64,000 nt of DNA from Naegleria gruberi. Its lineage: Eukaryota. This document shows, one piece after another, positions 50,969 to 62,540 of this stretch. Position 1 is the stretch's first letter. Every line of letters begins with the position of its first letter. The notes under the pieces were generated by a model. It ran no database searches. It was not told where the DNA came from and worked only from the letters and a program-made list of their open reading frames with translations. The stretch lies in assembly GCA_000004985.1 (NCBI GenBank), contig GG738869.1; one strand, written 5' to 3'. The position numbers and the translations under genes were made by a program.

Positions 50969-52048
50969 ATGGCCAATTGGTTCGATCAAGATTTAATAGT
51001 GGCCAATGTTTTTCTGAATTTAAATCCAATGGAAGTTTTTCATCCACACAGTGGTTGTTTGATGGTTTGTAAGGATTGGAATCAGATTATTTGCAGTGCA
51101 GAATTTGCAAAATATTACTTTGAAACTTCTTTTTGTGTTTCGACTCCTTTTTTCAATGATGAAAATTGTCAAGAATTTGATAATCTTGACTCCCCAATTG
51201 AGCATAATTTAGAGGAAGCAATTGAGAGGTACATTCTTGGCTTGGAACACAAAATTGATGATGAATATGAGGAAGAAGTCAATGATGATGAACAAACAGT
51301 TGATGCATTGGATTGTGTGAAATTGTTTGAAAATGAGCTTGGAACCAAAACTAAATTAATGTGGAAAAACAATTTTTATAGAAAGTTTCTGACACTTGTT
51401 TCAATAATGGAAAGAGGTGATTATCCTCCACTCTGTAATTCAGATTCAGTCTCAGATACAACTCCCCTCCACGAACAGATTGGAAAATTATTGAAACCTT
51501 TAAATCAAAATCAAATCGACAAATTGAATATTATTTTGAAGAAATTGCAATTTTCCAAATTGTTGACCAACTCTATCAAAACAAGATCAGGAAAAGTTGT
51601 AATATTCCATGACTCGGGTTTGCCCTATATTCTATCATCTTTTTACGCAAATGTTTGTCTTGGCAGTATTGTTGTGTTAAATGTCGAAAGGCAATTTAAA
51701 AGTCAACTGTCTATTTTCCTTCCCCCATGCAGTGCAGAGGAGGAGACAACATTTAGAGATGTTCTCTGTGGACTATTATCTCCAATATTGAATATTATTA
51801 AGGAACGGAAATCCAATATCAGAAGACCTCTCAATACATACATGCTATTTTCTCAACAAAAAGTGAATGAGATAAAACTAAAAAATCCAACATTGAAAAT
51901 AATAGAGCTAGCAAGGATAATTGTCAACTGTTGGGAAAATTTGAATGAAAATGAACAACAACTATTTGTTGAAGAGGAAAACAAACTGAAAATGGAATAT
52001 CAGAGACAGTTGGAAAATTTCCAGTACATTATTTCAGGTTTAAACTAA
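50969..52048 (+). CDS. HMG-box DNA-binding protein (359 aa; HMG box near the C-terminus)
   Basis: RPLNTYMLFSQQKVNEIKLKNPTLKIIELARIIVNCWENLNENEQQLFVEEENKLKMEYQRQLENFQ fits the HMG-box consensus (RPxNAFxLF...W..L....K..Y...A...K..Y). Confidence 0.65.
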   Translation: MANWFDQDLIVANVFLNLNPMEVFHPHSGCLMVCKDWNQIICSAEFAKYYFETSFCVSTPFFNDENCQEFDNLDSPIEHNLEEAIERYILGLEHKIDDEYEEEVNDDEQTVDALDCVKLFENELGTKTKLMWKNNFYRKFLTLVSIMERGDYPPLCNSDSVSDTTPLHEQIGKLLKPLNQNQIDKLNIILKKLQFSKLLTNSIKTRSGKVVIFHDSGLPYILSSFYANVCLGSIVVLNVERQFKSQLSIFLPPCSAEEETTFRDVLCGLLSPILNIIKERKSNIRRPLNTYMLFSQQKVNEIKLKNPTLKIIELARIIVNCWENLNENEQQLFVEEENKLKMEYQRQLENFQYIISGLN

Positions 52049-53618
52049 TCATTTAGAATAAATAACTAATAAATAGTATGCACATTGTTCTTAAAATGAT
52101 GATACTAATTGGAAACTATGTGAAACTCCCCTCCAATATTAATTTCTTTCCATGTATAAATTTAAGAACATGTGCTCATTAGAATCAATTCAAAGTTAGT
52201 CATTTAGAACATTTTAGAAATGTTCATATAATCAGATAAATTCCCAACAAAGAAATACTTTTGGAATCGATTTGAAAACTTTGAAATTAGAAAGTTTACA
52301 AAATATTTGAATCGAGCATATTTCCCAATTCAATGCTTAATCCATAAATGTTTTAAATTCTTCCAAATCCACTATTTGATGATTATGAAAATTCGCTAAA
52401 ATTCATCCAAAGACCAAATCTGGAGACTAATCATTTTAATACTTCTCCAAAACAAGTATCTTACAAATCCAAACTCATTGCCCATTTTACAAATATCGAA
52501 GTGTTTAGCCAATATAACTGATTTTTAGTCATACTTTCCCTCAATAATCAACAGTAAACATTCCAATTATCATATTTACCCATTAAGCCATAGCAACATT
52601 GGTTTTTTCGTTGAATTAATGCACTCCTCTTATTATTCTCCTATTTTCACAGTTTTTGGTGAGGCATTTACTTTTGTGAATGGATCGTAATGGCTTCCCA
52701 ATTATGACCAACAAACAACATTTTGACTGGCCACAACAATAGAGAGGTTCATTTCACTTACAATAAAATTATAGTTACTACAGTAATGTGATGATGGTAC
52801 TATTTGCATTGCATACATTACAATAGACACTTCATTGAAGAAGGTTCTTATCTCTCGGAAAGTTTTTTCTCTCTTATCTTCCGAAAATAAATTTGTCCAT
52901 CAAATAAATTAATATTGGTGATGATTAATAATTGTATTGGTGATGATAAAGTACTAGTGTTAGAAAGAAGAAGGTTGTTGGTCAATTTGTTTGTCAGGAT
53001 GAAGAGTTTAGTTCATCATTCATCTTGAAATTTTTTATTCTTGCAGGAGTTTCGTTTGTTGTGAAAAAGTTGTGTGGAATTTCATGATGATTAGAAAGCA
53101 AGCCAAAACATTTGTTCTCTTTAATATACGAAACAAGCCTAACTCCACCAACAGATTGAACAGTTTTTTGAAATTGCCAATGCACATTCCAAATATCCCA
53201 ACATTGCATGCACCTCCACAATGCCACTATCATTCAATGATGTGCTTTCTTTTCCATCAAATATTACATAATATTCAACATTTTGAAGTAGTTGTATCAT
53301 CATAGACGGCGACATGAAACTCTTTAAATTTTGTGTGTTGTGATGATAGTTAGTTGAAACATCAAGTCTACAATGCAAGAATCCTCATATGGTCTTTGCA
53401 TACTTCATAAGCCTTCTCACTCTCTGGACGTGTTGCAAGCCTGCTTATGACTTGTTATTGTAAATACATTCCGAACAAGTCAACCATATTTCAAGCCAAC
53501 CGCAAAGCACGATTTTGCCGTTGTAATTTTCATCGCTTGCTTTAAAAATGCTTTCGTCAGCGTTCTTTAATAATTTTCGTTTCGAAAAAAACAAGCATCA
53601 TACCAACTAACAATCAAA

Positions 53619-54950
53619 ATGGGTAAGGAAAAGTCACACATTAACGTTGTCGTCATTGGTCACGTCGACGCTGGTAAGTCAACTACTACTGGTCACTTGA
53701 TCTACAAGTGTGGTGGTATTGATAAGAGAGTCATTGAAAAGTTCGAAAAGGAAGCTGCTGAAATGGGTAAATCCTCATTCAAGTATGCTTGGGTTTTGGA
53801 CAAGTTGAAGGCTGAAAGAGAAAGAGGTATCACTATTGATATTGCTCTCTGGAAGTTCGAATCTAAGAAGTACGTCTTCACCATCATTGATGCTCCAGGT
53901 CACAGAGATTTCATTAAGAACATGATTACTGGTACCTCCCAAGCTGACGTTGCTATCTTGGTTGTTGACTCAACTAACGGTGGTTTCGAAGCTGGTTTCT
54001 CCAAGGATGGTCAAACTAGAGAACACGCTTTGCTCGCCTACACTTTGGGTATTAAGCAAATGATTGTCTGTATGAACAAGTTCGATGATGAATCTGTCAA
54101 ATACTCTGATAAGAGATATGAAGAAATCAAGTCTGAAGTTGGTAGATACTTGAAGTCTTTGGGTTTCCAAACTGAAGAAGGTAAGCCAAACTGTGTCCAA
54201 TTCGTCCCAATTTCTGGTTGGACTGGTGACAACATGATTGAAAAGTCTGACAAGATGCCATGGTACAAGGGACCATGTCTTTTGGATGCTTTGGATAACT
54301 TGGTTGAACCTGTTAGACCAACTGATAAGCCATTGAGATTGCCACTCCAAGATGTTTACAAGATTGGTGGTATTGGTACTGTCCCAGTCGGTAGAGTTGA
54401 AACTGGTAAATTGAAGCCAGGTATGGTTGTTCACTTTGCTCCAGGTCAAGCTGCTGATACTGAAGTTAAGTCTGTCGAAATGCATCACACTTCTGTCCCA
54501 GAAGCTGGTCCAGGTGACAATGTTGGTTTCAACGTTAAGGGTTTGTCCACCACTGATATTAAGAGAGGTTATGTTGCTTCTGATGCTAAGAATGATCCAT
54601 CCAGAGAAGCTGTTTCTTTCAATGCTCAAGTTATTATCATGAATCACCCTGGTGAAATCAGAAACGGTTACACTCCAGTTTTGGATTGTCACACCTCCCA
54701 CATTGCTTGCAAGTTCGAAACTATCATTGAAAAGATTGATAGAAGATCTGGTAAGACTCAAGAAGCTAACCCAGAAAAGATCAAGAAGGGTGACTCTGCT
54801 ATCGTCAAGATTGTTCCAACCAAGCCAATGTGTGTTGAAGGTTTCGTTGAATATCCACCTTTGGGTAGATTCGCTGTCAGAGACATGAAGCAAACTGTCG
54901 CTGTCGGTGTTATTAAGTCTGTTGAAAAGAAGGAACCTTCCAAGAAGTAA
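53619..54950 (+). CDS. EEF1A: Translation elongation factor 1-alpha, 443 aa, intronless, with strongly biased (highly expressed type) codon usage
   Basis: [76 protein letters not shown], and domains II/III are conserved. Codons are GGT/AAG/TTC/AGA-rich. Confidence 0.95.
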   Translation: MGKEKSHINVVVIGHVDAGKSTTTGHLIYKCGGIDKRVIEKFEKEAAEMGKSSFKYAWVLDKLKAERERGITIDIALWKFESKKYVFTIIDAPGHRDFIKNMITGTSQADVAILVVDSTNGGFEAGFSKDGQTREHALLAYTLGIKQMIVCMNKFDDESVKYSDKRYEEIKSEVGRYLKSLGFQTEEGKPNCVQFVPISGWTGDNMIEKSDKMPWYKGPCLLDALDNLVEPVRPTDKPLRLPLQDVYKIGGIGTVPVGRVETGKLKPGMVVHFAPGQAADTEVKSVEMHHTSVPEAGPGDNVGFNVKGLSTTDIKRGYVASDAKNDPSREAVSFNAQVIIMNHPGEIRNGYTPVLDCHTSHIACKFETIIEKIDRRSGKTQEANPEKIKKGDSAIVKIVPTKPMCVEGFVEYPPLGRFAVRDMKQTVAVGVIKSVEKKEPSKK

Positions 54951-55083
54951 ATTTTTTGAACGGCTTACTAATAAAATCCAAATAGTGATAAAAAAATTTC
55001 TAAAAAACAATAGTTCAATTTCTTTTGTAAAATATCAGAAAACTAAATAATTCTCAAAATTATCATAATAAGAGGTCTGGGAT

Positions 55084-55091
55084 TATAAAAG
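55084..55091 (+). promoter_or_regulatory. Candidate TATA box (TATAAAAG) about 75 nt upstream of the purple acid phosphatase ATG
   Basis: TATAAAAG in the short EF1a-PAP intergenic region. Assigned by position only. Confidence 0.3.
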
Positions 55092-55162
55092 GGTGAATGA
55101 TTCGTGTTGGTGCACATGTGTGGGGTGGTTGGATTTGATATCATCTTTTAAAAAATACCACA

Positions 55163-57150
55163 ATGACTATCAAGCGAGGAATAATATCTTCAAACATGAT
55201 TTTGCAAAAACTGATAATGATGATCATTATAATTGGATTATTCATAAATTCCGAGATGATCAATGCCAATAGAGTTAACGTTCAGGAAATTAGGGAGGCA
55301 AGAAGTGGAATTAAACTTGCTCCTCTTCCGAATAGTAATTCTATGGAGGAATTAAAAGCCTTCAGAGAGGAAAATTATAAATTACTCAAGATTTGGAATC
55401 AAAAGAGAAAATTGAGAAATTCAAAGAGAGGATTTTATTCATCAGATGATTTTCAAATTAGACATGTTCATTTGGCATATACTCAACAACCAAATGAATT
55501 AGTAGTTCAATTTCATACATTTTCCTATCATGATAAATTGGGAAAACCACTGGTGAGGATTGGAAAGTCAGTCAATCAATTAAATGCTGTCTATCATGTT
55601 GGTGCTGTCACAACTGGATACGGAGATACCAATCATACAGGATTTGATCATGCAATTTTGATGAATAATTTGGAATTTGATACTACCTATCATTATCAAG
55701 TTGGGTTGGGAGTTGTGTCACCAAATGGTGTTCCACTCTTTACTGTCCAATCACCAGTCTATAATTTTACTACAAGAAGTGAAGATCCAGATGAAATTAC
55801 TCTTCTCTCCTTTGCTGATATGGGTGTTGTTTTTTCACCGCTCAATGTTAAGAGAATTCAGCAAAGAGTTAGAGAACATGCTGGTAATGGAAACTTTTTC
55901 ATTTGGCATGCAGGTGATATTTCTTATGCTGATTTTTACTTTGGGTTCATGTACCAATTTATTTGGAATTTATGGTTTGAGTACATGGAAGAAATCATGC
56001 CTTATGTTCCTTACATGGTTTCAGTTGGTAGGTTTTCATTTTAGAATAATAACTGATAATTTATGCATTACATTCAAATATGCAACATTGTTGTAACATT
56101 ACATTCAAATGAATACAGGTAATCATGAATATCAACCACGTCATCCTGATGTAGGTCAAGAGTACGAGGTGAGTATAATCTCTCAACGAATTTATCTGTA
56201 ATTTATCAATCATGTTAATAGTTTAATTTTGCCGCATTTAATCACAAGTTTTGGATGCCTTTGCGTAATGATTCTAGTTATGGACACAATATGTGGTATC
56301 ATTTTGATTTTGGTCCAGTAAGATTTGTCTCTCTCGATACAGAAACCAATTTTAAACATGCGCCATTTCCTCCAGTTTTCAATGGAGATCACGTCTCTTA
56401 TATAACCAATTCCTTAAAATCTACTAATAAGGACCAGACACCTTTTGTAATGGTAATTGGTCATAGACCTATTTATTCTGCTGTTCACGACTTTAGTGAT
56501 GCAAGTGGAAATGTTATTGGTCAATCAAAGGTTTATCAAAAGTTGTGGGAAGAATTGTTCCGTGAGACAACCGACTTGTTTATGGCTGGTCACGTACATG
56601 CTTACGGTAAGTAGAAGCAGTTGAGAGGTGCAGACATGACTTAGCACGACCTTAATAATTTTTTAAATTGGATTACACTCACTTCCTTATTCGTATTATT
56701 GGATTTCCAAAGAGAGACAATATCCAGTCTTTAATCAGACAATATATCCCATGCCTGATCCTCAACATTTAGTCTCACCTAATGTTACCATTCACATTAT
56801 TAATGGAAGTGGTGGATGCTTGGAAGGTTTGGAAGAGACTCAGTAAGTTTAAATTTTCACACTCTTTGTAATCTTTGTGTTCCATCGACCTGTTCCATGA
56901 TTCAACTCATGAATCTTGACTAATTTAATCTTTTTTGAAACCAATTTAATGGATTAATGCGACTACATTGTCTAGATGGTACAATAAGAATATTCCTTGG
57001 AATTACAAAATGTTTAATGGTGATGAAGGATATGCAATCTTAAAAGTCCAGAGAAATAGACAAACCAGGCAAGTCACAGCAGAGTGGAAATTTCACACAG
57101 CCACTGAACAACAGGTGATTGATTCGTTTACTTTGGTCAAAAAATATTAA
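55163..57150 (+). CDS. Purple acid phosphatase (calcineurin-like metallophosphoesterase). Five exons: 55163..56027, 56119..56168, 56222..56606, 56713..56842 and 56976..57150.
   Basis: The motifs are distributed across exons: GDISYADFY (GDxxY) in exon 1; GNHEYQPR (GNHE) in exon 2; VMVIGHRPIYS and MAGHVHAY in exon 3; ER completing GHVHAYER in exon 4. Donors are GTAGGT/GTGAGT/GTAAGT/GTAAGT and all junctions are in frame. The N-terminus is a signal-anchor. Confidence 0.8.
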
Positions 57151-57951
57151 ACCATTTTTGAAATTTTGTATTACCAGACTCTCAATACCACATTTATTTT
57201 CAAGAATATAGGCTCTAATTAATATTATTGAATAATAGATTGAATCAGTGAAATTTTATCTTGATCACTTGAATATTGAATCGTTCAATAAAATCACTGA
57301 ATGGAAATGAATATTATTCAGTAAATATCCTAACAAGGATGAGCGTACAATCAATAGGAACTTTTGTTTTACTCCTTATATGAATTTTGAATACTGTAAT
57401 TCTAAATAAGTTCGGCATCATGGCTCCAGTCCAAAATCGAGAAAGCACGCCAAACTTGGCTTACCCAGCAAATTTGTTTCTCAACCTCAACAAACGCTGG
57501 TAATCTTTGCGACTCAAAAAGACGCACACACAAGAAGGAAGTGAAGAGGTGCATCTCTGCCTCTCACGCACTTGTACCTTCATACTCTCAACCTCAAGTG
57601 CAGAATTAAGGCGGCAATTTTGAATACAACTCGAAAAAAAAGACAACAAACAACACACAACCCTCTCAAACATTGTACCTCCTTAGCAAGAGTTCCATCA
57701 CTGAACAAGCAAGAGGGCATTATCTGAATAGACATAATCACTAACACCTTAATCACATCAACAACAAGTGTTTGAAGCACTTCACCCTACTCTGAATACA
57801 TCCGTTCGTGTTAATTATATACCAAGTTAACACTTCAATATTCACTCAAACTATTATTAGCCAATCAGTTTGATATCATTATTGCACCTCCACTACTCGA
57901 TTTCACAAGTGAAAAAAAGTGCAATAGACACCCAACACTGAATCTGGTTTT

Positions 57952-58893
57952 ATGTTTGTGAAGAAAGTTCCCAATCTATCCTACATCGAAAAGATACGAG
58001 TAGTAAATCAATTACAAACTCAATCCTCTAGCAATACAAGCCTATCTGCTATACAACCAACCAATACTACTATAACAAGTACTAGTAACAACAATACCTC
58101 TAAACAGTCTAGTAATAAGCCTACAAGCTCTCTCTCAAATATGCTTTTAACACGCACCTACAACAATACTACTAATAACTATCACTACGGACACTATATG
58201 CCTCACAAAACAACATCAAACAAGACATCCAATGTGCAATTAATGGACCATCCAAACATTCCTCCATACTTGTTGGCAATGGCCAAGAACAGCCAAATTG
58301 TTCAACACGAGAAGGAATCTGAAAGAGTCAATGCATTCCAAAAGCTTACTATTCAAACTCCAACAACAACCCTCCAAACCAACTACTCAAGCTCCTCTCT
58401 CAATGTACTTGCTCAATCACCATGTAGTCCTTCCTCAATGCTTGACTCATCTCCAACACCAAACACCAAGAGTGATTCCAAATCTGTCAAGCGTTTCATT
58501 GCTCACTCTCAAACTCACAACTTGATCCAAAGGAATGATCTCGTCTTTATCAATATTGATGAAGAGTTGTCAATTCTTAATATGATTGATCCACTCTTCC
58601 ACGGAAAGATTGGTATCATTTCTGAGATTAGAGAAGACGATTGTGTCATTGAAGTAGTTGAGAATAATCAAAAGAATAATGATGACAATATGTGCTTTAT
58701 GAACATGACAGTCAATCAACCAATTTCACACAGCTTCCAACCTCAATCAATGTTAAGAAAGGAATTGAACAAGTCTTCTCGTCCTAGTGTGAGACCTTTG
58801 AAGAGAAAGATTGTTGTTCCAATCTTCTGTTTGTGCTTGGAAGATGCTGTTCTCAAGGAAAGACTCGCCAATAACAATGGATATCAAAGGTAA
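57952..58893 (+). CDS. Hypothetical protein (313 aa; S/T/N-rich N-terminal half). A 3' intron is possible (the ORF ends at AG|GTAACC).
   Basis: Long ORF preceded by an unusually CA-rich, less AT-rich leader (57460..57950). No recognisable domain. Confidence 0.35.
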   Translation: MFVKKVPNLSYIEKIRVVNQLQTQSSSNTSLSAIQPTNTTITSTSNNNTSKQSSNKPTSSLSNMLLTRTYNNTTNNYHYGHYMPHKTTSNKTSNVQLMDHPNIPPYLLAMAKNSQIVQHEKESERVNAFQKLTIQTPTTTLQTNYSSSSLNVLAQSPCSPSSMLDSSPTPNTKSDSKSVKRFIAHSQTHNLIQRNDLVFINIDEELSILNMIDPLFHGKIGIISEIREDDCVIEVVENNQKNNDDNMCFMNMTVNQPISHSFQPQSMLRKELNKSSRPSVRPLKRKIVVPIFCLCLEDAVLKERLANNNGYQR

Positions 58894-59568
58894 CCCTCAA
58901 CACAGTCTGTTTCAACTAGATTGTTGAACTGTAATTTGGTGTTAAAATACGGTGGATGGATCATGTTGAGTTCTCACTCTTGAGATTGAAAATCAGCAAT
59001 ATTCGCATGACCAAAGAAAACCAATAGATAAAGTAAGAAATAAAGTCCTCTTATCAAAATATAGAAATCAATTGTTCAAATCAAAGATGAGGGAGCACAA
59101 AGGAGTTTTACACGAACTCTAAATATTTGTGCATGTTACAGGTTCATCAACTTATTGAGGTTGAAGAATCCTCTATCAATTTTGAGAAGCTGTCGCAGAT
59201 TGTGTCCTGTAAGGTTCAATATTTCATGGTGGATACTTGAGTACAGGTTCAGGTCCATAACACCACCCCGACTCTTAATGGACGAGTATCCAATTATATC
59301 CTTTTCCTTTTGTAATGAAAAATAAGAAACAAAAGAATCGTGCTTAAGGCTAACTGGAATAAGAATCCTAAATAAACTGTTATCCAGTACGGATTCTTAG
59401 TGATTCATTGTATAAATTTTGATACAACGTATACTGCAATGAAAATATTCAAAATCTTAATATTCATTTCTAATTTCACTTATTAGAAACCTCTCTTACA
59501 ACTCACGTTTCACATTACATTGAAAATTGCAATATTTAATTTTTTAAAATTAAATAATTAATATAAAA

Positions 59569-61011
59569 ATGTCCAAACCGCCTTCATCACGTTATTGTCT
59601 CATTCAATATCGTGAAATTCCCAGTGAAATTTGGTATTGGATCATTTCATATTCGGATCATGATGAATTATGTAATTTGGAGAAGACTTGTAAATATTTT
59701 CGGAATGAATTGTTATCCAATGAAGGCTACATTCGTCTCATTGTCAATAATTTAATTTTAAATGATGAACAAGAGGATGATACAAAGTCTAAACGAAAAA
59801 CCTCTTCAATTTTGGATGATATTGATTCACCACTTTCTTCACCATCATCATACAATTTTAATAATAATTTTAATAAGGAAAGGATGCAAAATCAATTTAA
59901 AGAAGCCTCCGAAAGGATTATTCATGAAATTATGGCAGGACACTCGACACGATCCAAACAAATATTGAAGGAATATATTTTCGATAGAATTATGAAGGAA
60001 AATGTTTCGGAGAAGAGGAGGGAAGAGTTGATTAATTATTTGGTGGTTGATGAATTCAAGTTTCAATCGGTGAGGGATTTGTATATTGCATGTCATTTGT
60101 ATAATATTAATCCTTTCATTTCGTGGAAACAAACAATTCCATCAACAAGTAATGATGATACCTATAATAGAGCTCTTGTGAATAATTATGAGAGAATTAA
60201 GAGTGGGGATTTGTGTGTTCATTGGAAAGGAGTGGTCATACAGAATAGTCAAAATCTTCTCACTTGTTATTTGATTGATGATGATTTGTTCAATGTGGAA
60301 TTTTCATGTTTACCAATTGTAACATTGACCAATGTTAGGAATATTCAGAATTTTAATTATTTGGAAACCATAGAGTTTATTGGCAGAATTGATTCAATTC
60401 CCTACACGAATAGAACCAATAATAAGGTCATTGGATATATTCAGGGAGTTCACTCACTGGTAGATCAATTCAGTGGGTTAGTTTCTTACTATGTGCCAGC
60501 CTATTCTACAGTGGATCAATCATTCAAAAACAAACTTTATACACTGCTCACAATTCAAGGAAGTGGAACTCTCATAAGAAAGGTTTTATCCAACAGAATT
60601 GAGAATAGAAATCTGTCAATTTCAAAGTACAAACTATCATCGAAACACTATCTAGGAAATGTTATCAAGTGGAATAGTCAAATATTATGGAAGGTCGTTT
60701 TCAATTCTCACAAATACATGTTGGTGAGATCATTTGATAGAAATGACTCTCTGTTGCATATTGTTCATTGTGGAGGTAGTAGTGAAACTCTTCCAACACC
60801 TGGTCAGATAGTTTCACTCAAAGCTACAGCTGTCAATGATCGATTTTTCATTTTAAAAAGTATTGAACAGCTATCAGAAGAAGAGAATGATCAAGCCAAT
60901 GAAAATTTAAGATTCTCCCCAATTGTTAAAATAATTCTAGGATTATTTTGGCTATTTTATGTTTGCATTGCATGGATTGTTTCTCTAATAAGTGGATGGA
61001 AATTATTTTAA
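59569..61011 (+). CDS. F-box-like protein with a C-terminal transmembrane anchor, 480 aa
   Basis: N-terminal IPSEIWYWIISYSDHDELCNLEKTCKYFRNEL (F-box-like). C-terminal IILGLFWLFYVCIAWIVSLISGW hydrophobic tail. Confidence 0.45.
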   Translation: MSKPPSSRYCLIQYREIPSEIWYWIISYSDHDELCNLEKTCKYFRNELLSNEGYIRLIVNNLILNDEQEDDTKSKRKTSSILDDIDSPLSSPSSYNFNNNFNKERMQNQFKEASERIIHEIMAGHSTRSKQILKEYIFDRIMKENVSEKRREELINYLVVDEFKFQSVRDLYIACHLYNINPFISWKQTIPSTSNDDTYNRALVNNYERIKSGDLCVHWKGVVIQNSQNLLTCYLIDDDLFNVEFSCLPIVTLTNVRNIQNFNYLETIEFIGRIDSIPYTNRTNNKVIGYIQGVHSLVDQFSGLVSYYVPAYSTVDQSFKNKLYTLLTIQGSGTLIRKVLSNRIENRNLSISKYKLSSKHYLGNVIKWNSQILWKVVFNSHKYMLVRSFDRNDSLLHIVHCGGSSETLPTPGQIVSLKATAVNDRFFILKSIEQLSEEENDQANENLRFSPIVKIILGLFWLFYVCIAWIVSLISGWKLF

Positions 61012-61188
61012 ATAAACCATTGTCATAGATTACAATTTCCAATTTATTGCAACAAAACATTAGTTTAAATCAAAGAAAAAAATGCAAATCTCACAAAATC
61101 TTCCTTCTGCTGAATCGTATCACAAATTAATCTCTTCAATATTGGTAAACTTGATGAGGCCGTATCCATCTTCTCCGAAGGTATTTCA

Positions 61189-62079
61189 TTGCATCCACAA
61201 GAACCAGAATTATATTGCAATAGAGCTAATTGTTTCCTCCGATTAGGAGATGTTCAAAATGCTCTCCAAGATTACAATCACAGTTTAAAAATCAAACCAG
61301 ACTATGCAGAAGGTTTCGGCAATAGAGGAATGCTCTATTATCGAATGAAAGAATTCAATGGGGCATTTGATGATTTCACACGAGCTATTCAACTCAATCC
61401 AAATGATCCTATTCACTATTACAATAGGGGGAATATTTCAAGAAGGAGAGGCAATTATTCAGAGGCACTTAAGGATTATGATCGAGCATTGGAATTGAAT
61501 GCCAATTTTTCACAAGTACTAACAATGAGAGGTGCCACTTACTTTGAAATTGAAGAGTTTGAGAAGGCCATTGCTGATTGTGAGAGGAGTATTGCTTTGG
61601 ATCCAAGTGATAATTGTAATTTGTTGGTGAGGGGAAAGTCGTATTTCAAGAGTGGAAATTTAATTGCTGCCTTTGCTGATTTGATGGATTATTTGAAAAC
61701 TGAGCAGAATAATTCTGATGCTTTAAGTTATTTGGTCAAGCTCTACAAGATTATGAAGCAATTTGATACGGCCTATGAGTTTTTGCTTCATATTGGAGAG
61801 ATTGAGGGATTGAGCTTTGAGAATGTTTATGAGAGAGCTGAATGCTTGGAGGAAATGAAGAATTATCCTCTTGCTATCAAACATTGGACTGCAATCATGG
61901 ATAATGAGCCTCAAAATCCACGAATTATGGAAATCCTTTTGAGAAGAGGACAATGCTACATGGAAAATAAGGAATTTTCTAATGCTATTAAGGATTTCCA
62001 ATCAGTAATTGAGTCAACAAGTTCAGAAAATGAATTGAAGGAAAGTGCTAAACAGCTCATCCAAGCTTGTGAACAATAA
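61189..62079 (+). CDS. TPR-repeat protein (at least 296 aa). The 5' end is unresolved: the TPR frame is open from 61114 without an ATG, and the ATG at 61082 is in the +1 frame.
   Basis: Repeated AxxDYxxALxLxPxxxxxxxNRG units (e.g. GDVQNALQDYNHSLKIKPDYAEGFGNRGMLYY). See the frameshift finding. Confidence 0.6.
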   Translation: MHPQEPELYCNRANCFLRLGDVQNALQDYNHSLKIKPDYAEGFGNRGMLYYRMKEFNGAFDDFTRAIQLNPNDPIHYYNRGNISRRRGNYSEALKDYDRALELNANFSQVLTMRGATYFEIEEFEKAIADCERSIALDPSDNCNLLVRGKSYFKSGNLIAAFADLMDYLKTEQNNSDALSYLVKLYKIMKQFDTAYEFLLHIGEIEGLSFENVYERAECLEEMKNYPLAIKHWTAIMDNEPQNPRIMEILLRRGQCYMENKEFSNAIKDFQSVIESTSSENELKESAKQLIQACEQ

Positions 62080-62163
62080 TTCAAATATTTTCCACTTTGG
62101 TTGTAATTATAATTCCACAATTGTTTCTACATTCAATAAATTAATTTATTCTCATATTACTAT

Positions 62164-62540
62164 TTACATTACAATACACCATCCACTTTCCTTTTCTTCT
62201 TCCTTTTCCTCCTTCTTTTCAGCCTTCTTTTCAGCTGTTTTAATTCCAAATGTTCCTTTCACTATTTAATTATTTTCATATTAATTAATATTTAAAATAT
62301 TGTAATAAATAATATTTAAATATTAATATATTAACTTCATCATGATCAAAACCTACCAAAATTCATAGTTTTATGATAAGGACACTTGCTCACATCGGAA
62401 GCTCCTGCTGCTTTATGTAATTTTTGTAATTTTGTTTCATCCTTTGAATTATTTGCCACTAATTGAGCCAAATCATTCTTTTTCTGCGAAGAAGCACTCG
62501 ATGATGATGAAGAAACGGTTGCAACGTTCGTTGAAGACAT
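62164..62540 (-). CDS. Small (~93 aa) protein with a Ser-rich N-terminus, a Lys/Glu-rich tail and a C-terminal CaaX box (CIVM). Two minus-strand exons: 62540..62357 and 62261..62164; intron 95 nt with GTAGGT donor and AAATAG acceptor.
   Basis: Exon 1 reads MSSTNVATVSSSSSSASSQKK...SKCPYHKTMNF plus G. Exon 2, in frame, reads (V)KGTFGIKTAEKKAEKKEEKEEEKESGWCIVM-stop. The CT-rich plus-strand tract at 62180..62245 is its coding sequence. Confidence 0.45.

Noticed and set aside
53970-55010. 346-aa ORF on the minus strand
   Set aside because: It lies entirely antisense to the EF-1alpha coding sequence. Its Ser/Leu/Asn-rich translation is the usual artefact of a long codon-biased gene on the opposite strand.
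57461-57780. Small minus-strand ORFs in a CA-rich, comparatively GC-rich segment
   Set aside because: There are no domains and the segment has the composition of a 5' leader or promoter for the gene starting at 57952. It was treated as regulatory or UTR sequence rather than coding.
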